Source: Planctomycetia bacterium (lineage in GTDB: Bacteria; Planctomycetota; Planctomycetia; Pirellulales; UBA1268). Taken from it: 64,000 nt of DNA. Position numbers and translations under genes: made by a program. The notes under the pieces are model-generated. The model saw nothing but the letters and a program-made list of their open reading frames with translations. It did no database searches and was not told where the DNA came from. Each line of letters opens with the position of its first letter. The first letter of the stretch is position 1. The stretch lies in contig JBAXUY010000001.1 of the NCBI GenBank assembly GCA_037129475.1, positions 37,380-101,379 on the forward strand. Direction: 5' to 3'. This document shows positions 57,636-64,000 of this stretch, one piece after another.

Positions 57636-58323
57636 AGTACTCGAGGTGCTTGGCTTCCGGCAACGAATAGTGGAATCCCCACCCCATCTGCCGCGAGTGA
57701 GCACTCCGCTCCCGCGCGGCGATCGCCCGTTGTCTTTGGATGCCGTATTCCCAGCTCCGCCATTTGGTGTGATAGAGATTCGGGAAACCGGAGCACCACT
57801 GCACGGTGGTGTCGCCATGCTTCTGCGGGTTGCCGTCGTGGCTGCCCGGCTCGAAATTCGTTTCCCTGATGGTGTCTCGGAACAACACCGGCTTCGAGTA
57901 GCGGGCATTCGGAACGCCATACCGCAGCCTCCACATGTCGTCTCCGCGATCCCCGAAAAGTTCGAAACCCAGGCACCTGCAGACGTCCCACTCGGGCTGC
58001 TTCAGGTTCGCCACCAGGAACTCCCTGGTCACGGCGACCCACTCGTCGGCATCGACGATGCAGTAGTACGAGGCAGGGTGATCCTTCCAGCGCTGGTTGC
58101 GAATGTCGATGAGGGATTGTTCATCAAACGTGTTCGCCGTGTCGAAGAATCTGACTTCGCACCCTTTGCGGAGAGCAACGGCAGCCGTGTCATCGGTCGA
58201 CTGGTTGTCGTAGACGACGATCCTGCACTCGGGAATGGCGGTCCTGTACCAGTCGATAAAGTCGCTGATGATCGCCTCTTCGTTCCACGTCACCGTCAGA
58301 ACAGTCAGCAGATTTGGTGTCAT
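57598..58323 (-). CDS. Glycosyltransferase family 2-like protein
   Basis: Start re-picked at MTPNLLTVLTVTWNEEAII. DNQSTDDT and IVDADEW (DxD-like) fit the GT-A fold. Lower GC than neighbours. Confidence 0.58.
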   Translation of the reverse strand: MTPNLLTVLTVTWNEEAIISDFIDWYRTAIPECRIVVYDNQSTDDTAAVALRKGCEVRFFDTANTFDEQSLIDIRNQRWKDHPASYYCIVDADEWVAVTREFLVANLKQPEWDVCRCLGFELFGDRGDDMWRLRYGVPNARYSKPVLFRDTIRETNFEPGSHDGNPQKHGDTTVQWCSGFPNLYHTKWRSWEYGIQRQRAIAARERSAHSRQMGWGFHYSLPEAKHLEYFTVGYRTRLRVL

Positions 58324-58373
58324 GGGTGGTGTGTTTCGCCGGGGAGGAACATGGGGGACATCGCGTGTGTTGA

Positions 58374-59648
58374 TCACCGACAGGACAGCACGGGCTCGTT
58401 CGTGCGCAAGGCCTCCTCCACGATGTCGGCCGCCCGGCCGACGCCGTCGAGGCGTGCGATCTCCGCGGCTCGCTCACCGGCGCGTGTGCGGTAGCCAGTA
58501 TCGCCGAGCACCCGCTCGACGGCCTGCCGCAGCCGCGCGGCGGTCAGTTGCTTCGGCAGCACCACCTCCGCCAGCCCGAGCCACTCGAGCCGGCGCGCGA
58601 CTCCCGGCTGGTCGTTCGTGATCGGGATCGCCACCATCGGCACGCCGCGGGCGAGCGACTCGAGCGTTGTGTTGAGCCCGGCATGGGTGATGGCGAGCGT
58701 TGCCCGGTCGAGGATCGCCATCTGCGGCGCCACGGGCACGAGAATGGGATCGCCCGGGCAGTGGGCGGAGAGCGACGCGACGTCCTGATCGGCGGCCCCG
58801 AGCGAGAGCACGAGCTGCACGTCGAGCGACGCGACGGCCTCGGCGATCGTCGTGAACATCCCCGCGAGCCGGTTCTGCAAGGTGCCCAGCGACGCATAGA
58901 CGAGCGGACGTCCGTCGAGCCGGTCCCACGGAAACGGCACCTCGCTCCCCCCGCCGGCATGCCATGGCCCCGTGAAGTGCAGCCGCGGCTCCGGCCGGGC
59001 CCGCGGGAAGTCGAAGAAGGCCGGCTGCTGGGCGATCTCCGCGAGACAGAGCGGGGCCTCCTCGCTGATCCGCGGTGCGAGGCCGTGCCGCACCCGGTGG
59101 GCGTTGATCGTGTCCCGCACCGGTGCCGTCACGCGATGGAGAAACCAGTTGCCCGCGGCATTCCGCAGCCGGCCGAGCGGTCCCGGCCGATACCGCCAGG
59201 GGAGCACGGCCGGCGGGCAGGCCGGGTCGCGGTTGAGTGCGAGCGCGTTGGCCACCTTCACGAACGGCAGCCCCTCGATCTCGGCCACCGTGCCGGCGGC
59301 CGGGTTCACCTGATCGACGAGCAGGCCCTCGATGCCGATCTCGCGGCACACCGTGGGCAGGTCGCGGAGCGTCACCTCGGCCGCCAGCCGCATCATGTCG
59401 ATCGTGTAGCGAAGCGCCTTGAGTGCCGTCATGCCGCCGAGCGTCCTCGCCTGTGCCGCGATCGCCCCCTGCGGAAACTCGGTGGCGCCGATGGCTGCGA
59501 ACCCCAGTCCGGCCGCGACGGCCTTCGCCGCGCCGTCGGGTCGGGCCACGACAGTCACGCAGTGCCCGCGCCGCACGAGCTCGCGGCCGAGCGACGTCAT
59601 CGGGTTTAAATGCCCGGAGAGCTCAGGGCAGGCGAGGCCGATATGCAT
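58374..59648 (-). CDS. UDP-glycosyltransferase, GT1 family (MGT/UGT-like)
   Basis: Start MHIGLACPELSGHLNPMTSLGRELVRRGH. C-terminal nucleotide-sugar signature THAGLNTTLESLARGVPMVAIPITNDQPGVARR. Confidence 0.8.
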   Translation of the reverse strand: MHIGLACPELSGHLNPMTSLGRELVRRGHCVTVVARPDGAAKAVAAGLGFAAIGATEFPQGAIAAQARTLGGMTALKALRYTIDMMRLAAEVTLRDLPTVCREIGIEGLLVDQVNPAAGTVAEIEGLPFVKVANALALNRDPACPPAVLPWRYRPGPLGRLRNAAGNWFLHRVTAPVRDTINAHRVRHGLAPRISEEAPLCLAEIAQQPAFFDFPRARPEPRLHFTGPWHAGGGSEVPFPWDRLDGRPLVYASLGTLQNRLAGMFTTIAEAVASLDVQLVLSLGAADQDVASLSAHCPGDPILVPVAPQMAILDRATLAITHAGLNTTLESLARGVPMVAIPITNDQPGVARRLEWLGLAEVVLPKQLTAARLRQAVERVLGDTGYRTRAGERAAEIARLDGVGRAADIVEEALRTNEPVLSCR

Positions 59649-59847
59649 ACTGTCGCTTTCAGAGGAGCACCCTTCGCTCCGCAAATCCGCACGCGCGTGG
59701 TCGAGCCGCGAAGGGCCCACGTCCACGCATCTGGCAGCGATCCGTCTGCCGGTTGTGGACCTGGCCAAAACCCCATTACCCTACCTGATCCGGATCGTGA
59801 CGGGCGAGATTTGTGGCCAAACGGGACCCCGAGGTGTTGCGCTCTCC

Positions 59848-60387
59848 ATGACGACGTCAGGCCCCCGCTCGTCCGGCGGACTGTCGCCGATTCGCAGCCG
59901 GCTCGAGGAGTTGCACCGCCGATACCGCTCCTTTCACGAAGGCGAGGTGGCGACCTACATTCCCGAACTCGCCGGCGCGAACCCCGACTGGTTCGCGATC
60001 TGCGTCGCCACGACCGACGGATACGTCTACGAGGTCGGCGACTTCGCCCAGCCGTTCACGATCCAGTCGATCTCCAAACCCTTCGTCTACGGTTTGGCGC
60101 TGGAGGACAACGGCCGCGATGCCCTCGTCCGCCGAGGTGAGCGACTGGTCACCGCGGGCGACAAGGCCGGCTCGTTGATCCTCCTCGTTCGTGGACTCGT
60201 CTCCGCCTGGATTCCCGTGCCGGGCGGGCGAGACCGCAGGCTGGCAACCTTCACCGCGGGTGCGATGGTGGGAGAGGTGGCGTTCGCGGAGGAGTCGCTC
60301 AGATCTGCCACGGTGATCGCCGACAAGCTTCGCAAGGCGAACCACGACCTCGGCGTCTACGACCACGTCTCGACGGGTCGCAGCTGA
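59848..60387 (+). pseudogene. Glutaminase N-terminal fragment fused in frame to the C-terminal half of a cyclic-nucleotide-binding domain (probable internal-deletion remnant)
   Basis: Residues about 20-95, YIPELAGANPDWFAICVATTDGYVYEVGDFAQPFTIQSISKPFVYGLALEDNG, match the first third of GlsA including the catalytic S-x-x-K. The sequence then switches to GERLVTAGDKAGSLILLVRGLVS...GEVAFAEESLRSATVIA (cNMP beta-roll). The rest of the glutaminase fold is missing. Confidence 0.55.
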
Positions 60388-60388
60388 G

Positions 60389-61741
60389 CTACACCCGCTC
60401 CAGCCGCAACTCGACCGGCCGTGACGTGCGGAGCGTGACCCGCGGCGTGGGCGTGATCGGAGCCGGATCGGCGAGCCGGGTGCGGAACCTCGACAGAAGA
60501 GTGCCCATGATGATCTGCGACTCGATCATCGCGAAGCTGTTGCCGATGCACGTCCGCGGGCCCGCGCTGAACGGCAGGTAGGCGAACTTGTTCTTCTGCT
60601 CTTCGCGGCCCGCCTCGAACCGCTCGGGGCGAAACGCATCGGGATCGTGCCAGAGATCCGGCAGCCGGTGGATCGCGTAGGGGCAGAAGATCACGAGGTC
60701 GCCCGTGGCCACCTTCGTGCCGGCGAGGTCGTCGGGCCCGAGGGCGCGGCGGTCGAACATCCACACCGGCGGATAGAGCCGGAGTGTCTCCTGGATCACC
60801 GCCTTCAGCCGCGGCAGGTGCGGCAGGTCCTCCACCGTCGGGGCTCTGCCGCCGGTCGCCGCGCGGAGCTCGTCGCGCAGCCGCTCCTGCTCGTCGGGGT
60901 GGCGGTCGAGCAGATACCAGAGCCACGAGAGCGCGTTGGCCGTCGTCTCGTGCCCCGCGATCATGAGCGTCATCACCTCGTCGTGGAGTTGGGCGTCGCT
61001 CATCGCCTCGCCAGTCTCCGCGTCGCGGGCGAGCATCAGAATCGTGAGCAGGTCGCGATGCCCGTCCTGCGGCGCTTCTCCCGCGGCGAGCCGGCGGCGC
61101 TTCGTGGCGATCAGCCGCTTCACGATTTCGTTGAGCGACGCGAGCGCCGGCCGCAGCCGCCGGTTGGTGGCGGTCGGCATCCAGAGCGGCGGCCGGATCG
61201 GCGAAGACGCCCGCGCTGCGAGGCAGGCCAGGATCACTGGGAAGACGCGATTGATCTCCGCGGCGCTCCCCGCGATATCGTCGCCGAAGAGCGTTTCAGC
61301 CACCACGCGGAGCGTGAACCGCATCATATCGGTGCCGGCATCGACCGTCGTGCCGGCCGCCGCGGCCCGCCCCCATTCGTCGGCCGTCTCGGACGCCAGT
61401 CGCGAGATGATCGGCGCGAAGTGCCGAACGCTCTCGCCGTGAAAGGCGGGCTGGGCGATCCGCCGCTGCCGCTTCCAGAACGCGCCGCCGCTCGTGAGCA
61501 TGCCGTTGCCGAGCACGACGCGGACGGCGTCGAAGGCGGGGGTGCGCTTGTCGTAGTTGTCGATGTTGTCGAGCAGAACGTGCCGGACGAGCACCGGATC
61601 GGAGACGAGATGGCCCCGCGCAAGCCCGATCTTGAGCGGCACGACCCCCCCCTGTCGGGAGCGGCGGACGAATTCGCCGCACGCATCCTGCACGAGCGCA
61701 GGGAGGTCTCCGCCGATCAGTCGGGTGAGCATGCCGGGCAT
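60389..61741 (-). CDS. Cytochrome P450
   Basis: 450 aa. IAGHETT, ETLRLYPP, and the heme loop FSAGPRTCIGNSFAMIES. Confidence 0.9.
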   Translation of the reverse strand: MPGMLTRLIGGDLPALVQDACGEFVRRSRQGGVVPLKIGLARGHLVSDPVLVRHVLLDNIDNYDKRTPAFDAVRVVLGNGMLTSGGAFWKRQRRIAQPAFHGESVRHFAPIISRLASETADEWGRAAAAGTTVDAGTDMMRFTLRVVAETLFGDDIAGSAAEINRVFPVILACLAARASSPIRPPLWMPTATNRRLRPALASLNEIVKRLIATKRRRLAAGEAPQDGHRDLLTILMLARDAETGEAMSDAQLHDEVMTLMIAGHETTANALSWLWYLLDRHPDEQERLRDELRAATGGRAPTVEDLPHLPRLKAVIQETLRLYPPVWMFDRRALGPDDLAGTKVATGDLVIFCPYAIHRLPDLWHDPDAFRPERFEAGREEQKNKFAYLPFSAGPRTCIGNSFAMIESQIIMGTLLSRFRTRLADPAPITPTPRVTLRTSRPVELRLERV

Positions 61742-61863
61742 CGACGGCCTTTCATGTCTCGTTGCACCCTCGCCCGGAGTTCGATCACAATCCAGCGTCG
61801 GCTGGCGCAGCCTCGGCGGGCCCGCAGGCGGAGCAGTCTAACGAACACCGACGGCTCGTGTGA

Positions 61864-63534
61864 ATGAAGGCGATTCCCACCACCGCGCAATCACAGCACC
61901 GCGGCACCCTCGACGACTTCCTCGCACCCGAGGATATCGTGCCGGTTCCCTCGCTCACGGAGGAACAATGGAACACGCTCAGGCGGGTGGCCGGCCGCGA
62001 ACTCGCCTGGCGCTTCGCCACGCTCCGCAACCTATGGGTTCATCGCGGGCGGCTCGTTGCCGATGCCCTCGGCTTCGCCTGGGGTGGCATTTACCGCACG
62101 CTTCTCGTCGGCTCCATCGTCGCCACGTCGTATCGCAACGAGGGGCTCTTTCGCGCGGGGGAACGTATCCAGGGAACCGGTGACTTTTTCCGTGGGGGGT
62201 TCCTGCTCGCGCGGTCTTCGAACGAGTTCCGCGAGATCGCCCGGCTCGTCAACCTGCGGCATCACGTCGCGGGCGTGGTGGTCGCGGATGCAGACGGCGG
62301 CTACCGCGTGATCGACGGCTACGAGGCCGACTATGCCTACGTCGCCACGGCCTTCATCGAGGCGATTCGCCGCGGCCTGGCCACCTGCGGCCTGCCCCCC
62401 GACAGCCCGCGCGGTCGTGCACTGGGCGAGCAGGTCTGCACCGTGCTCTACCAGGTCGCAGGATTCACCGGTCTGCGTCGCATTCCCCGCGACCTCGCCG
62501 CACACGAGCGGTTCCGTGACGCCTACGACCGGCATCTCCGCGAGCGGCCGGCGTCGGCGCGAGTCCAGCGGATGGCCCGGGAGATCGCCCGGCGGATCGT
62601 GCCGGTCACGGCCGTGCTTGCCGACGAGAAGGTGGCTGACCACATTCGTCGCCACCTGGATCCAGAGACGGCCGGATATCTTTTTCCCGAGGCTCCGGGT
62701 GCCGACCTCGAGGCGCAGCGAGACGAGTGGATGCGGCGGCACCGCGCCCGCAAGCCGATCGATGCCATCCGGGCCCGCTCCGCCGCGCGCGAGGCCATCT
62801 GGAAGCGGCCCGACGTGGCCGCTCTCCGCAGAGCCTACGAGCAGGCTGCTTCCGACAGCACCGACGACCGGCTCATCGGCGCGATTCTGCTGCACGCGAT
62901 CGACACCGGCGGTGACGCCGCCCGGCCGCTCGAACGGCGCGCCATCGACCTGGCCGACGGCGAGGCGCTCATCCGCCAGGGCGAGACGGTGGGCGAGATG
63001 TACGTCGTGCTCTCTTCCACGGCGTCTCTCGTGGTGCTTCAGCATACGGATGCGGGGGCTGAGCCGCGTCAGGTGGCCACACTTGCCGCGCCGATCGTGC
63101 TCGGCGAGATCGGCATGTGGCGCGGCCAGCCGGCCGTGGCCACGGTGCTCTCGCGGGGGCCCAACCGGCTCGACGTGCTGGTGATCGACGCCGAGCGGTT
63201 CGAGTCGCTCAAGCAAGAGCCTGGTTTCCGGGCGGCGACGGCCGCCGAGGTCCAGCGGCGTCTGGCGCTGAACACGGCCCTCACGGGCACGCAGCTCGAA
63301 GACGCGGCCGCGCGGAGCGGCGACGCCCGGCTGGCCTCGATCGCGCAGTTGTTCCGCTATCTGACGGGCGACTCGCACGTCGCGCTCGACGCGGTCATCG
63401 ATCTCCCCCACGACGCCACGCCGGTGGAGTGTGTCGAGGCGCTCCGTCGGCAGGTCGACGCGGCCATCGCCGCCGGGGGGCTCGAGCCCGACCTCGTCCG
63501 CTACCTCCAGCAGGTCGTCACCACCATCGGCTGA
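61864..63534 (+). CDS. Cyclic-nucleotide-binding domain protein with large uncharacterised N-terminal domain
   Basis: 556 aa. cNMP-like beta-roll LIRQGETVGEMYVVLSSTASLVV...LGEIGMWRGQPAVATVLS. I did not recognise the N-terminal 330 aa. Confidence 0.68.
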   Translation: MKAIPTTAQSQHRGTLDDFLAPEDIVPVPSLTEEQWNTLRRVAGRELAWRFATLRNLWVHRGRLVADALGFAWGGIYRTLLVGSIVATSYRNEGLFRAGERIQGTGDFFRGGFLLARSSNEFREIARLVNLRHHVAGVVVADADGGYRVIDGYEADYAYVATAFIEAIRRGLATCGLPPDSPRGRALGEQVCTVLYQVAGFTGLRRIPRDLAAHERFRDAYDRHLRERPASARVQRMAREIARRIVPVTAVLADEKVADHIRRHLDPETAGYLFPEAPGADLEAQRDEWMRRHRARKPIDAIRARSAAREAIWKRPDVAALRRAYEQAASDSTDDRLIGAILLHAIDTGGDAARPLERRAIDLADGEALIRQGETVGEMYVVLSSTASLVVLQHTDAGAEPRQVATLAAPIVLGEIGMWRGQPAVATVLSRGPNRLDVLVIDAERFESLKQEPGFRAATAAEVQRRLALNTALTGTQLEDAAARSGDARLASIAQLFRYLTGDSHVALDAVIDLPHDATPVECVEALRRQVDAAIAAGGLEPDLVRYLQQVVTTIG

Positions 63535-63723
63535 CCTGCCCCGTCGCCGGGACGGTGCCGCGCAGGATGGCGACGCGACGTCGAGCAAGACGCCCGCGGC
63601 TGGCCTCGGCTTGCACGGTCCGGGCGGAGGCCACGCCGACACCCCGAAAATTGCTTCCGCGCGGAGCCGTGGTAGATTTTCGTCGTCTGTTCCGCCGCCG
63701 TACCGCCTTTGCAGGGACATCCC

Positions 63724-64000
63724 GTGGTCATTCCTCGCCGCCCGTGGTTATCGCTCCTGTCGCTGTTCGCGCGAGGCGCGGCCCCATCGGCACGCCGGCG
63801 CGGCGTGCGTCGCCGCGAGGTCTTCTGCGCCCAGTTCGATGGTGGCCAGGAAGCGGCATTCTCCAGATCGTCCGCGATCCTGGGCTGCGACACGCTGGAG
63901 CGGAGAATCGTGCTCACGGCGTCTCCGGCGGCGGACTTCGATTTCGTTGCCGGCACGATCACGGGCTACCACGGGGCCGGCGGGGTCGTGGATATTCCCG
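63724..64000 (+). CDS. 5' end of a secreted protein gene running off the window (tentative)
   Basis: Frame open from 63676 to the window end. GTG 63724 (or TTG 63709) gives VVIPRRPWLSLLSLFARGAAP...CDTLERRIVLTASPA, which resembles N-termini of large planctomycetal surface proteins. Absent from the ORF track because no stop lies in the window. Confidence 0.3.
   Translation, partial: MVIPRRPWLSLLSLFARGAAPSARRRGVRRREVFCAQFDGGQEAAFSRSSAILGCDTLERRIVLTASPAADFDFVAGTITGYHGAGGVVDIP

Noticed and set aside
1-64000. Search for CRISPR arrays, tRNA/rRNA genes, IS elements, integrases, prophage or toxin-antitoxin/defence-island signatures
   Set aside because: I found no direct-repeat/spacer arrays, no cloverleaf-like or rRNA-like conserved stretches in the short intergenic regions, and no transposase, integrase or recombinase motifs in any frame I read. 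The scan was visual only, so small elements could have been missed.

Overview
High-GC (about 65-70% by eye, not computed) bacterial chromosomal segment, densely coded on both strands. I found no rRNA, tRNA, CRISPR array, transposase or integrase. A DUF1559 protein with a prepilin-type N-terminus, a PEP-CTERM protein, a CxxCH planctomycete-type cytochrome module fused into a larger enzyme, and an LE-R-hydrophobic-L-S/T-A leader-like motif at the right edge suggest Planctomycetota or a close PVC relative (inference). Layout: (1) 1-28.4 kb holds carbohydrate and organic-acid catabolism genes: two GH36-like hydrolases, a P450, an MFS sugar porter, a kinase plus KDPG-type aldolase, 2-hydroxyacid dehydrogenases, a fused E1alpha-beta/E2 2-oxoacid dehydrogenase, and FAH, GntR and AraC genes. 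Its intergenic regions repeatedly carry the palindrome TGTCGACA. (2) 28.4-36.4 kb holds an orphan glycosyltransferase, an arsR-aquaporin-arsC-DUF6428 arsenic operon, an acyltransferase-3 with an ankyrin insertion, and a CopA-type ATPase. (3) 36.4-44.4 kb is the most interesting locus. It combines a type III PKS, a dedicated ACP and ketosynthase, three methyltransferases from phenolic-lipid-modifying families, a beta-barrel OMP and a CurM-type sulfotransferase. I read it as a candidate methylated/sulfated alkylresorcinol- or alkylpyrone-type lipid pathway. (4) 44.5-52.4 kb is a che operon (MCP-cheA-cheW-MCP-cheR-cheB) with no cheY. (5) 52.7-64 kb holds a thioredoxin-fold/c-heme/PHM-like copper monooxygenase fusion with an ABC exporter, glycosyltransferases, a glutaminase::cNMP gene remnant, a second P450 and a cNMP-binding protein. 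Many long ORFs in the supplied track are antisense artefacts of high GC content, and several real genes start well inside the listed ORFs. Start codons below were re-picked by eye and are less certain than the gene calls themselves.
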